Of a stretch of DNA of 64,000 bases, positions 33,877-43,169 are shown in pieces. Position 1 is the first letter of the stretch. Each line of letters starts with the position of its first letter. Position numbers and translations under genes: made by a program. The stretch lies in the sequence record NC_047995.1, one strand, 5' to 3'. A model generated the notes under the pieces. The model made no database searches, was not told where the DNA came from, and worked only from the letters and a program-made list of their open reading frames with translations.

Positions 33877-34270
33877 AGAAAAGCTGGAGCAATTGGGTGA
33901 TTACGATCGGACTGCGCGTGTTGATCGTCAGGGCAATACTCGTTTCGCTAAGGACGAGCAGGCTGTTCGTATGCACCGCGCTCTACACCCAGGGCACCAG
34001 CCACGTCCTAATCAACGTCCACCAGCGCATCCGAAACGGCAGCAGGTCGAAGCTCCGACTCGTCGTGGTATGACGCGCAATACACACGTAGATAACCACA
34101 TGCGTAACGATGATTTGATGTTGAACACTATGATGGCTCACACGATCATTAACACACCTTCTCCTACGCGTTCGTATGACGCCGATACGTGTCGTGCACC
34201 GAGCGGTGGGTATGACACAAGCCCTTCTGATAGTGGCGGTAGCTTCGACGGTGGAGGTTCATGTGATTAA
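33818..34270 (+). CDS. hypothetical protein with Ser/Gly/Asp-rich C-terminus
   Basis: ATG 33818 after AAGGA; ends SGGSFDGGGSCD, a common phage pattern. Confidence 0.7.
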   Translation: MLKRLLALFKRKPSSQKTFEEKLEQLGDYDRTARVDRQGNTRFAKDEQAVRMHRALHPGHQPRPNQRPPAHPKRQQVEAPTRRGMTRNTHVDNHMRNDDLMLNTMMAHTIINTPSPTRSYDADTCRAPSGGYDTSPSDSGGSFDGGGSCD

Positions 34271-34601
34271 ACGTCTAATGAACTGGATAGGCTTGATGCT
34301 TATCTCTGAATCAAACAAGCGCAAGCTCTACCAACACGAAGTGATGATGCGTACCTGCACTGATGTATACGACTGGTGTGGTGCAGACTTCCCACAAGCG
34401 GCCGAAGCTGTTGAGTATGTGCGTACACGCGCTCTTGGTTACGAAGGTCGCTTGAACTACAACAACAATATCATGAGTCCTTACGACTGCCATTTAGGCA
34501 TTAGTGATTGGCGAGAAGCGATGCGCCGTAAGTACAAAGATATGCCTGTACTGGACTTCGACGGCAAGGACTTTCGCACAAAGAGCATAGCAGTAGACTA
34601 A
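34263..34601 (+). CDS. hypothetical protein
   Basis: GTG after GGAGG within track ORF 34176..34601. Confidence 0.6.
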   Translation: MIKRLMNWIGLMLISESNKRKLYQHEVMMRTCTDVYDWCGADFPQAAEAVEYVRTRALGYEGRLNYNNNIMSPYDCHLGISDWREAMRRKYKDMPVLDFDGKDFRTKSIAVD

Positions 34602-34610
34602 GGAGACGCT

Positions 34611-34796
34611 ATGAGTAAGGCTGGTGATCGCGAGAAACTCCAAGAGTTCCGCGACGAGTTAGATCAGGACTGCGATCAGCAAGAAGAGGAGGACTTCGAC
34701 TTCTCTGACAACGATCCTCTGCTGGACGCCTGCTGTGCTGCACCTCATTGGGATGAAGACGGAGTGTGTACGCACTGCGGCTCAGATCCACGTTAA
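34611..34796 (+). CDS. small acidic protein with C-terminal Cys cluster
   Basis: CCAAPHWDEDGVCTHCG; AAGGAG RBS. Confidence 0.7.
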   Translation: MSKAGDREKLQEFRDELDQDCDQQEEEDFDFSDNDPLLDACCAAPHWDEDGVCTHCGSDPR

Positions 34797-34821
34797 CTGA
34801 CCAAACATATACCGAGAATAA

Positions 34822-35289
34822 ATGATGGAAATGAACAAAGACACGAACATTGTGGTCATGGACAAAGACATGTACCGCACGTTATTACAATACGCACATT
34901 GCGGTGAACGCGATTGCGGGCAAGCATTCTTCGGGAAGACCGTGAACGAAATCGAAAAGCATGTAAGCCGCTTCAACATCGTGCAGCACGACCAGCATCT
35001 GGCTTCGTTGGAGATAGCGCGTTTGGGCAAAGCAGAACGTCGCCGTCTGATTAAGGCAGCACGTCGCATGAGTTCGCAGCGTGAAACAGTACGCTACATG
35101 GTCGACCACGACCAGCAACTCATTTTCCCTGTGCTGGTTATCGGCAAGACTACTGACCAACTGCGCTTGAAGTACCGCAGCCTGTGTGATGGTTGGGAGT
35201 CTACGGTTCGCCTGCCGTACATCTTCGAGACATACGAAGAACTCCCTCAGCATTACCGTTTGGTTCAGGAAGGAGAGCGCATCGAATGA
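34822..35289 (+). CDS. hypothetical protein
   Basis: 155 aa. Confidence 0.7.
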   Translation: MMEMNKDTNIVVMDKDMYRTLLQYAHCGERDCGQAFFGKTVNEIEKHVSRFNIVQHDQHLASLEIARLGKAERRRLIKAARRMSSQRETVRYMVDHDQQLIFPVLVIGKTTDQLRLKYRSLCDGWESTVRLPYIFETYEELPQHYRLVQEGERIE

Positions 35290-35486
35290 AACCGCACGAG
35301 ATTATATTCGTTACCAGCACATTCGCCTGCATTATGACGTGGTGTTTGTATCAGAACGATCTGTGGTGTGAACGCAACATCATGTCGCACCAGCGTTCTA
35401 CCAAGATACGTTGGGCGTTCATAATCTGCACGGCAATCTTCTTTGCTAGCCTGAGTTACAACGCATATCTGGAGTGGCAACGATGA
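35286..35486 (+). CDS. small two-TM protein
   Basis: ATG 35286 (ATGA overlap, AGGAG RBS); two hydrophobic segments. Confidence 0.6.
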   Translation: MKPHEIIFVTSTFACIMTWCLYQNDLWCERNIMSHQRSTKIRWAFIICTAIFFASLSYNAYLEWQR

Positions 35487-35887
35487 AAGCACTGTCTATC
35501 CGTCAACCCTGGGCGTGGTTGATTACTCAAGGCTATAAGAAGATTGAGAATCGCACGTGGGACACGAAGAAGCGCGGACGTTTCCTTGTTCACGCCAGCT
35601 CTAAGCGTCCGTCTGATCACGACATGCAGGTAGCCAAAGAAATCTGCGACGGCCTGAATATTGCTCTGCCTGAAAAGCAGGACTTCGTTCTTGGTGCTAT
35701 CGTCGGTTACGCCACTGTCTGCGGTACGATCACGCAATCAGACGATCCATTCTTCTTCGGGCCTGTAGGCATTCAGTTGAAAGACTGTCGTGCTGTCGAA
35801 CCAATTCGTTTCAAAGGCGCTCTTAGTTTCTTCAACACACCGTTCTGTGTCATAGGCGGTAAGGTCGTACAGTCACCGCGATGCTAA
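35483..35887 (+). CDS. ASCH domain protein
   Basis: MKALSIRQPWAWLI..G.KKIENRTW ... GRFLVHAS ... GAIVG. Confidence 0.9.
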   Translation: MKALSIRQPWAWLITQGYKKIENRTWDTKKRGRFLVHASSKRPSDHDMQVAKEICDGLNIALPEKQDFVLGAIVGYATVCGTITQSDDPFFFGPVGIQLKDCRAVEPIRFKGALSFFNTPFCVIGGKVVQSPRC

Positions 35888-36096
35888 GACCCATACTCGT
35901 ACCTCAGCAAGGCAAGCTCGTTATAGCGCATCTTGTCAATGAAGACCGCTCGGAGGTTTACTTCGTGCGTCACTTTAAAGTGAGAGGTGTGGCTATGTGC
36001 ATGGTGGGACTCGTGCCTGTTGAAAGCGTAACGTTTCTGTACGGCTACTCGCCTACAGCCGACGATTACGAAGTTGTAAAGCAGATGCGTAAATAA
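35881..36096 (+). CDS. hypothetical protein
   Basis: 71 aa, ends before a terminator. Confidence 0.6.
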   Translation: MLRPILVPQQGKLVIAHLVNEDRSEVYFVRHFKVRGVAMCMVGLVPVESVTFLYGYSPTADDYEVVKQMRK

Positions 36097-36100
36097 CAAC

Positions 36101-36125
36101 AGGGTGGCCTTCGGGGCGCCCTTTT
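36101..36125 (+). terminator. intrinsic terminator
   Basis: AGGGTGGCC-TTCG-GGGCGCCCTTTT. Confidence 0.75.
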
Positions 36126-36142
36126 CTCGTTTAAGGATTAAC

Positions 36143-36544
36143 ATGCTTCCGTTAGCTCCAAAGACCAGAGTAGTTAGTATGCGTAACGGCAATAAGGACT
36201 ATGATGTTCGTATTGACCGAGAGACCAAGTGGGGCAACAAGTTCTATATGGTCAGTGAGACAGTCAAGGAACGTGATCGTGTATGCGACGAGCATGAGGA
36301 AGATTTGTGGAAGAAGATCGAGAACGGCGAGATACTGCTGCGTCACCTTCTCGAACTCTACGGGAAGAGATTAGGCTGTTGGTGCAGTCCTAAGCGCTGT
36401 CACGGTGATGCGTTAGCGCGAGCCGCTGAATGGGCATATCAGCTAAACTGTAAATATGAGCGTATCAAAGCTACTTATAGGAAACGCAGACGTGCTAATA
36501 AAACCAGAGCAAACAATATCAAGAAGAAAGTTTCTCGGTCGTAG
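36143..36544 (+). CDS. DUF4326 domain protein
   Basis: VRIDRETKWGNKF ... LYGKRLGCWCSPKRCHGDAL; ATG 36143 after AAGGA. Confidence 0.85.
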   Translation: MLPLAPKTRVVSMRNGNKDYDVRIDRETKWGNKFYMVSETVKERDRVCDEHEEDLWKKIENGEILLRHLLELYGKRLGCWCSPKRCHGDALARAAEWAYQLNCKYERIKATYRKRRRANKTRANNIKKKVSRS

Positions 36545-37049
36545 TCCTTCAATGAAAGCCATTAGCTGGGAAGTGTTCCAGTCTCAACGTGGTGATGGTG
36601 TGTACGGTCAGTTCCGCCTAGCATGGGGTGCTGACTGTATTACCATTCATGCTCTCGACCAGACACGCAAAGACTATGAGTATGAGTATCTGGAGAAGCT
36701 GGATAAGATCATCGAAGCACTCAAAGGCTATGCACCAGTACTTGGTACAAAGAACCACGCATCATATCGTGAATGGCTTAACCCTATCGAGACAGGCGCT
36801 ACAGGCAGTCTGGCATATCACTATGATGTAGTGTCTCCTGAGAACCTCATATTCTTTGAACTGGCCTCATGTGACGGTAAGGTCAGAATCTATCCCCATC
36901 ATTTTGGGCGCCAACCACTGCGTAAGATGCAGAGCTGTTTGGACGCTATCCGTGTGGAGTTAGTCAACCACAGGGCGTCATTCGTGCTTCTGATGAAAGC
37001 CATAGAATCTGTAAAGAATAGCTATACAGAACAAAACAAGGTGGTTTGA
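36456..37049 (+). CDS. hypothetical protein (true start may be ATG 36552)
   Basis: 197 aa ORF. Confidence 0.6.
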   Translation: MSVSKLLIGNADVLIKPEQTISRRKFLGRSPSMKAISWEVFQSQRGDGVYGQFRLAWGADCITIHALDQTRKDYEYEYLEKLDKIIEALKGYAPVLGTKNHASYREWLNPIETGATGSLAYHYDVVSPENLIFFELASCDGKVRIYPHHFGRQPLRKMQSCLDAIRVELVNHRASFVLLMKAIESVKNSYTEQNKVV

Positions 37050-37051
37050 CT

Positions 37052-37387
37052 ATGGCTCTAAATCATTTGCAGTATGCCCTTGGTCTGTTGGCCAAAGCAA
37101 GCGCACAAGTATCACAGGCAGCACTTGACTGCCAGCAGCACGGCTTCGATCACGTAGACCATAAAAGTCTTGTGGCACTGACAGCGCGTGAGCATCTACT
37201 CAGCGGTCTGGACGATGTTGCTGCGGCTGTGTTGTTCGTCGAGCGTGAAGCTGGTCCTAATTTCGAGTTCGTGCCAGACACTCGCCGCGCCCTTAACAAG
37301 ATGGACCAGTTGCGTTCCCAGCTAGGCTTCGCTATTGAGTCTGGTCATGCGGAAGGTTACGAAGACGAAGAGGACGAAGACGAATGA
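37052..37387 (+). CDS. hypothetical protein
   Basis: ATG after AAGGTGG; acidic tail. Confidence 0.65.
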   Translation: MALNHLQYALGLLAKASAQVSQAALDCQQHGFDHVDHKSLVALTAREHLLSGLDDVAAAVLFVEREAGPNFEFVPDTRRALNKMDQLRSQLGFAIESGHAEGYEDEEDEDE

Positions 37388-37896
37388 GCTACACAATGAT
37401 CGTTCAGCACAACATCAAGCTGAAAACTGATACGCCCAAGAAAGTGATCAACAAAATTCGTGCGTGGCATAAAACACCGTGGGCGTTTGACTATCTTGAT
37501 CGTCATTTCAAGATCAGCGTCAGTAAAGCGCTGGGCGCAGGCTGCGGTGGTGTGTACTGCAATCTGGAATGTGAGCGCATCTTTAACACAGGCAGCGGCG
37601 TCGTTCCTCACATTCGCACAACTGCTATGTTCAATCGAGGCCGCGAAGGCGCAGAAGTCCTGCAACAATTCTTCGACTGCCTTGCCGAGTACATCGCTAA
37701 CACTGACGAAGTGATTGCGGTTATTCGCGGCGAGGATAATCTTTATGACCGTAACGAAGGCATGTCCAACATGTTTGAGGCGATACCACCTTCGTACGGT
37801 TACTATGAAGTGCGCATCGTAAACAACCACGCTAAAATCGAATGGGTTGTCAACGATCTCTATGAACAATTACCTTGGGTAACCTATGCTTACTAA
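37384..37896 (+). CDS. hypothetical protein
   Basis: 170 aa, ATGA overlap. Confidence 0.7.
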   Translation: MSYTMIVQHNIKLKTDTPKKVINKIRAWHKTPWAFDYLDRHFKISVSKALGAGCGGVYCNLECERIFNTGSGVVPHIRTTAMFNRGREGAEVLQQFFDCLAEYIANTDEVIAVIRGEDNLYDRNEGMSNMFEAIPPSYGYYEVRIVNNHAKIEWVVNDLYEQLPWVTYAY

Positions 37897-38563
37897 CATT
37901 GCTCGACTTGTCGCTACACAAGCACACGAAGGTCAGTTCCGTAAATTCAACGGCGAACCCTACATCAATCACCCTGAACGTGTATCAGCATGGCTGGCGC
38001 AGTTCAATGTAGGTGAGTTGATCGAAGCTGGTGCTCTCTGCCACGATGTTCTGGAAGACTGCGATGTGTCGCACAACACGCTGTCTCTGCTGGTGGATAT
38101 GCCTGTCGCAGATCTGGTGCAGGAAGTGACTAATCGCACCTACCCTGAAGGTACACCCCGCATCAAGAAGTTCTGGGGCAATATCGTCAAGCTGATTACA
38201 GCCAGTCATCAGGCGCAGACTCTCAAGTGCGGTGACGCTTACGATAACTGCAAAGACGTATACGAGAAAGACCCTGTATACGGTGCGCAGTACATCGCAG
38301 AGAAGTTCTTCCTCGTCTGCCTGTTCACCCGAGCACAAGCTGATGTTAAGCAAGCGCTGTTGGACCTGCTTAATGATATTTACCATAACCGCATGACTGA
38401 CGAGCATCGCACTTATGCGTGGGAATATCTTGGACGTTTAGACGCCGAGTGTCCTATCGAGTACCGCCAGCTCTACGAAGAAACAAGTCGTGAAGCTCGC
38501 AGTCTGTCTCGCGCAGGGCTTGTCTTTGGAGATCACAATGGAACTGCGACTGCCTCCGTTTAA
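37886..38563 (+). CDS. HD-domain hydrolase, RelA/SpoT-hydrolase (Mesh1/SAH)-like
   Basis: AHEGQFRKFNGEPYINHPERV, LCHDVLEDC, LVQEVT, LKCGDAYDN. Confidence 0.85.
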   Translation: MLTNIARLVATQAHEGQFRKFNGEPYINHPERVSAWLAQFNVGELIEAGALCHDVLEDCDVSHNTLSLLVDMPVADLVQEVTNRTYPEGTPRIKKFWGNIVKLITASHQAQTLKCGDAYDNCKDVYEKDPVYGAQYIAEKFFLVCLFTRAQADVKQALLDLLNDIYHNRMTDEHRTYAWEYLGRLDAECPIEYRQLYEETSREARSLSRAGLVFGDHNGTATASV

Positions 38564-38912
38564 AACTCGTAACGTGTTAGTGGAGCACATGGAAGTCAAA
38601 CACAAACACGCTACTGCTGTGGTCGATGTGACAGAGACAAGCTGGTGGGGCTATCGTAAGCGCCAGTTGCGTGTTGCAATGAAGTGCGACAAGATTAATC
38701 GTAAAGAGCCTAAGTGGTCTGCACTTGTTCGTTGGGACGACGGCTACATCGTTGCTCCAATCTGTGAGGACAGTGAAGTCCTGACGGTAGCAACCAATAC
38801 ACTACGCGATATGCGCAACATGAACATGACGCACTTTGACCAGTTGCTTGCGCATCGCCTTTCAATCCATTTGAGGAAGCATCATGGCCGCTCTCTCCCT
38901 GCACCTGTTTGA
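38538..38912 (+). CDS. hypothetical protein
   Basis: ATG 38538 after GGAG. Confidence 0.65.
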   Translation: MELRLPPFKTRNVLVEHMEVKHKHATAVVDVTETSWWGYRKRQLRVAMKCDKINRKEPKWSALVRWDDGYIVAPICEDSEVLTVATNTLRDMRNMNMTHFDQLLAHRLSIHLRKHHGRSLPAPV

Positions 38913-39267
38913 AAAGATTGACGACGAAAAGGCTTTCACCGAACGTCGCTTCCACAAAAGCATTATGTTCATGCACGGTGTGTCGTCCAACAGTCCGTAC
39001 GCCAAAGACAGCCAGCCTGTAACGTTCGCCGTGTACGAAGTGGGTGATACTCGCACGTATGCTGCAACCGTTGGTCACAAGCTGTCGGAGCAACTGCAAT
39101 ACGCGATGAACCTTGAGCCTGTGCGTGTTTGGCAGTTGGTGCGTCGCGGTAACAACGTCTATTTTGTCGGTGATAGCTCCGAAGCGATTGTTGCTGATAA
39201 CGTAGTGCCTATGGAAATTCGTGTCGAAGGAGGGCAAGATGCAGAACGATGCTGGGCTACATCTTGA
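38884..39267 (+). CDS. hypothetical protein
   Basis: 127 aa, GAGGA RBS. Confidence 0.7.
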   Translation: MAALSLHLFEKIDDEKAFTERRFHKSIMFMHGVSSNSPYAKDSQPVTFAVYEVGDTRTYAATVGHKLSEQLQYAMNLEPVRVWQLVRRGNNVYFVGDSSEAIVADNVVPMEIRVEGGQDAERCWATS

Positions 39268-39877
39268 GTTAACGACGAAGGATGTGGATGCGTACTGGAA
39301 GGGACGTGTCTTTATTGAAGCGGCTCGCATGGCGCATGATGCACACGAGGATAAGCAGGCTAACACTCTGACTTATCAGGCGATTGAGTCGTACCTCGAA
39401 CAGGGCCGTGCTGTCATTGACCCTATTCGTGAACAGCACGAAGGTGATCTACCTGACGCGGTGTTTGAAGAAGGTGAAACACTCGAACCTCGTTTCGTTG
39501 TCATGCTGGCTCTGATGCTTGAAAGCGAAAATCAGCAAATCGGTGGGAAGACGATTAAGTCTATGGCGTATCTGTCTTCCGCTACCCGTGACAAGAAGAT
39601 CGTGTTGGTGCTAAACAAACACAACACGGCACTCTCTCGGCATCTGGCGCTGGAGTCTGGCTTTGAGGTACGTGAGTCAGGTCTTATCGAAGTTGCCGAG
39701 GCCATTCGAGATAAGATGACTGGGTTCTTTGAGCTGGACACTCCTCGTATCGAGAAAGAGCCTGATCATAACCTGAGAGCTGTTAGACAGAAGCACAACC
39801 GTGTTGGTCGTCACTCAGGCAATCAGCGTTTCAATGCGAAGCCTGCACGGCAGAACTTCAAAGGACGTGGACGCTAA
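39239..39877 (+). CDS. hypothetical protein with basic C-terminal tail
   Basis: ATG 39239 after GGAGGG. Confidence 0.7.
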   Translation: MQNDAGLHLELTTKDVDAYWKGRVFIEAARMAHDAHEDKQANTLTYQAIESYLEQGRAVIDPIREQHEGDLPDAVFEEGETLEPRFVVMLALMLESENQQIGGKTIKSMAYLSSATRDKKIVLVLNKHNTALSRHLALESGFEVRESGLIEVAEAIRDKMTGFFELDTPRIEKEPDHNLRAVRQKHNRVGRHSGNQRFNAKPARQNFKGRGR

Positions 39878-40224
39878 TGCTACATGAAACGTATGCGATT
39901 GAGTACGTGGATAATGTGCCTCAACGTGTTCACGTTTTCCGTCCAGAGAAAGACACACAGCAGTCCGACTATCAAGCGCTCGTCAGTATGGGAGCGTTCG
40001 ATAAGCGTATGTGTCAGGTCTGTGCCAGAGACCCAAAAGCTATGCGCTTCTGGCTTCAACGTAAGCATGAGTGGGATCAACTTGTCGAAACAGACAGGCG
40101 CTTCCTACGCATCAACATGAAGCCAGGTTTCATTAACCTGCCTAAGCAGATTCACGATGACCTTTGGGCTTTCTATCGAGCAATCGGCTGGGACTACAAG
40201 AGCAAGCGCTTTATTGAAAAATAA
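39877..40224 (+). CDS. hypothetical protein
   Basis: 115 aa, TAATG coupling. Confidence 0.7.
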   Translation: MLHETYAIEYVDNVPQRVHVFRPEKDTQQSDYQALVSMGAFDKRMCQVCARDPKAMRFWLQRKHEWDQLVETDRRFLRINMKPGFINLPKQIHDDLWAFYRAIGWDYKSKRFIEK

Positions 40225-40370
40225 ACCATCTCTACCGTGTGAAGTGCAGAGCCTGATCACGGTATCAACGCGCAGCGGGAAGTATCTCGAAGTGCTGAAT
40301 AATAACATCATACCAGCTGGGCAAAGTATCAGTCATGTTGTCGATGCCGCCCTTGGTCAGGAGACTGAAC

Positions 40371-40718
40371 ATGGATCTGAAAGACTGGCTGATAACAACG
40401 CAGACAATCGTCCATAAGATGGTTGTTGATACCACCGACGGTACTGCTGTTGGTTTGGTTGAAACTGTATACTACGGACCGAAGCGTCTTGGTGGTAAGC
40501 GTCTTCATGGTACGGTGTTGTCCTGCATCTGCCACGATATCTACCGTCGTCATTTGACGTGGACGGATGTGAATGGCATGGATGACCTGTTGCCTAAGTA
40601 CAACACTGCGAAGTCACTATGTCGTCGGCTACGCACGGAAATAAATCAACTCGTAGCTGAGGGGAAAATCAATGGCGAGTCCATTATCAGAAATGCAGAT
40701 CGGCAGCCCGTTGCCTGA
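40371..40718 (+). CDS. hypothetical protein
   Basis: ATG 40371 after AGGAG. Confidence 0.65.
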   Translation: MDLKDWLITTQTIVHKMVVDTTDGTAVGLVETVYYGPKRLGGKRLHGTVLSCICHDIYRRHLTWTDVNGMDDLLPKYNTAKSLCRRLRTEINQLVAEGKINGESIIRNADRQPVA

Positions 40719-41400
40719 TCACAAAGACCTGGTGTCGAAGCAACTTATCGACGGTCAGATTGAGTTCCTGTCAGGTATTGCTGACCTGCATGAACACAGC
40801 GCTGTCCAGTTGCGTAACACTTGCAGTATCGGTCTGGATTCACTGAACGGTACGTGGATCTATACTCCGCGCTACATGTATGAGAATCGTCATCCACTCT
40901 CATACACGTTCGGTCATATGCAGCATGGTGGCGATGAAGAAGGTTACGTTGCTCTGCTTAAAACGCTGGCGCAGAAAGCCGAGCATGAGTTCTATTACGG
41001 TCCGTTGATCGCTGTGCGCAAGTTCCTTATTCAGCACGACAAGGTAAGCGGTAAGACTGATTTGATGATGCCTGACGCGTGGTCAGTTGTGATCAACGAC
41101 GACCTAAAGATGGCCGACTTCATGGGTGTCATTGAAGGTTACGTTCAGTCAGAGCAACGCCAGATCATCTGCGCGGCCGTGTACGAGCAATACTATTCCA
41201 CGTTGCGTAATAACAGTGACCTTCCTGTCAGGCTGTTGTTCAGTCGGAATAAACTGACTCTGGTTGATGCAGGTGCTGCATTGGTTGGTGCTGGTAGCCT
41301 GTTCGACTTGACGCCTATCATGCGCTTCATTTCGAACCCTAAAGGTCACGGCCTGACGCAAGAGATCTTCCGCGCTTATCGCAAGCTCGTAAATCTGTAA
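40672..41400 (+). CDS. hypothetical protein
   Basis: 242 aa, GAGGGG RBS. Confidence 0.75.
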   Translation: MASPLSEMQIGSPLPDHKDLVSKQLIDGQIEFLSGIADLHEHSAVQLRNTCSIGLDSLNGTWIYTPRYMYENRHPLSYTFGHMQHGGDEEGYVALLKTLAQKAEHEFYYGPLIAVRKFLIQHDKVSGKTDLMMPDAWSVVINDDLKMADFMGVIEGYVQSEQRQIICAAVYEQYYSTLRNNSDLPVRLLFSRNKLTLVDAGAALVGAGSLFDLTPIMRFISNPKGHGLTQEIFRAYRKLVNL

Positions 41401-41403
41401 ATA
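41392..41403 (+). promoter_or_regulatory. candidate promoter motif AATCTGTAAATA
   Basis: Exact copy overlapping the upstream stop, 55 nt before the next ATG. Confidence 0.6.
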
Positions 41404-41458
41404 CTGATTGCTAAAGTTATCTGTCTAATCTAACTATCAACTATGTAAGGAAAGTAAC

Positions 41459-42148
41459 ATGGCTTCTACTAATGGCGGTACTCGCGGTGCAGGCTCTCGT
41501 TCTGGTGTTGTAGATAACAGCGCTAAGTCTGCTAAAGCTGCTCGTTCCGATCGTCCTATCGCTGCCGCATCTGCTTCACCTGCGTACTCTCAGGTGAATG
41601 TTGCTATTGCTGCTGGTAGCGTTGCGGTTTCTCTGTCTGCTCGTGCTACTAACATCAGTGTAGCTAACGAAGACCTGACTTCCGTGTTGAGTCGTCTGGG
41701 TCTGTACGAACCAACTCCTTCCACCCGCGAAGATTTCCCGATCACCGAGAACGTCCTTGAAGTGTTGACCTCTCAGGTGACTGTTAATATCCGCAGTCTG
41801 CAACGTATGCTGGAAACCTCCATCAACGGTCCTGATTGCGGTGAGAAAGACTGCGAAGATGATCAGGAAGAAGCGACTGGCAACATCTCTCAAACTTCTT
41901 ACGGCCGTAGCTTCTTCTATGCTGCCGATACCGCAAGCGCTCAGTTGCGTGATGTTCGCCGCAAGCTGGAACGTCTGCGTACTTCTCTGCTGGGTGAACG
42001 TCCTACTGCTGAACTGAAAACTGCGGCGAACGATGGTACAGGCAGTCTGTATGCGTCAGTCTCTGTCCTGTGTGACAACATGGACAACACCGTTAACCAG
42101 ATTAACGAACTGGTCGCTGAAATCCGCAACACGCTGCTCGGCGAGTAA
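41459..42148 (+). CDS. hypothetical protein, Ser/Ala-rich N-terminus and coiled-coil C-terminus
   Basis: 229 aa, AAGGA RBS; codon choice (CTG, GCT, ACT, TCT) suggests high expression. Confidence 0.8.
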   Translation: MASTNGGTRGAGSRSGVVDNSAKSAKAARSDRPIAAASASPAYSQVNVAIAAGSVAVSLSARATNISVANEDLTSVLSRLGLYEPTPSTREDFPITENVLEVLTSQVTVNIRSLQRMLETSINGPDCGEKDCEDDQEEATGNISQTSYGRSFFYAADTASAQLRDVRRKLERLRTSLLGERPTAELKTAANDGTGSLYASVSVLCDNMDNTVNQINELVAEIRNTLLGE

Positions 42149-42150
42149 TC

Positions 42151-43113
42151 GTGCCTACCCTTAATCCTGTTGGAGAAATAGTCGTGATTGATTTTGAAAA
42201 CACTGTTATTCGTTTCGACGAAGAACGCCGCCCGTACTACACTGCTCGTGGCGCTAAAGGTAAGTTCGAGCGCGTATATCTGAACGATGCAGAACAGCAA
42301 GCGCACAAAGAGCACGAAGTGGAAAAACGTGATCGTCTGAACAGCGCTGAGGTAGCTCCTGCTCGTGGCCACCATGAAAGTGGTTGCACAGGCGCCGTTG
42401 GTCCTGGTCCATGTCCTGTAGGCGCAATCGGTACCGAAGGCGTTACTGGTCTGAACGTACCTCTGTCTCTGGAAGAGAACGTTGCGGACAATCTGCCTGT
42501 TGCTGATTGCCTGGCTTCACGCACTGTAAGCCTGATCAACTCTATGGGCAATCTGTCGGGTGCTCTGTATGCGTTCGGTGTGCTGGACAACAATCACGTC
42601 GGCAATCTGATGCACCAAGTACTAACCTACGACGAGCGCAACGAACACGAAGCGGAAGATGAAAACAACGGTCTGGTATCTGCTCGCGCGTTCACTGATC
42701 GTATTGCGTACCACATGTGGGATGCGTACCGCGATGATCGTTCTGCCAGCCCGATGTTTGTTGTGGCGCAGCAAGTAACTCCTGTTGTGACGCTGATGCA
42801 GTACCTGATGGGTATCTCGTTCCCTGACAGCGACATGGCTGTACGTGCGCAGCAACAGGGCCTGATGTTCCGTAAGACAGAAGACCTGCGTACTCTGGTT
42901 GAAGATCTGCACACTGTCTACAACAACATTCAGGCTGACCTGGGTTACATGGGCGAAACGTTTATCGGCACCGTCCCAGAAGAGATTGGTGGCGACACTA
43001 ATCTGCCTGAAGGCCTGTCTAAAATCGGTCTGGTACGCGCTGTAGACGAAATGGTTTCATACCTGATTCGTCGCACTGACAACCTGGTCGATCTGCTGAA
43101 TGCAGAAATGTAA
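42151..43113 (+). CDS. hypothetical protein
   Basis: 320 aa, last gene of the + strand block. Confidence 0.8.
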   Translation: MPTLNPVGEIVVIDFENTVIRFDEERRPYYTARGAKGKFERVYLNDAEQQAHKEHEVEKRDRLNSAEVAPARGHHESGCTGAVGPGPCPVGAIGTEGVTGLNVPLSLEENVADNLPVADCLASRTVSLINSMGNLSGALYAFGVLDNNHVGNLMHQVLTYDERNEHEAEDENNGLVSARAFTDRIAYHMWDAYRDDRSASPMFVVAQQVTPVVTLMQYLMGISFPDSDMAVRAQQQGLMFRKTEDLRTLVEDLHTVYNNIQADLGYMGETFIGTVPEEIGGDTNLPEGLSKIGLVRAVDEMVSYLIRRTDNLVDLLNAEM

Positions 43114-43128
43114 TTCTCTGTAGAAATG

Positions 43129-43165
43129 AAAAAGGGCGGCCCTCAATCAAGAGAGTCGCCCTTTT
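43129..43165. terminator. bidirectional terminator at the convergent junction
   Basis: AAAAAGGGCGGCCCTC-AATCAA-GAGAGTCGCCCTTTT. Confidence 0.8.
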
Positions 43166-43169
43166 CGCG

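Noticed and set aside
40157-40417. 86-aa plus-strand ORF bridging 40224-40371
   Set aside because: It overlaps both neighbours, with no clear RBS or motif; a short gene here cannot be excluded
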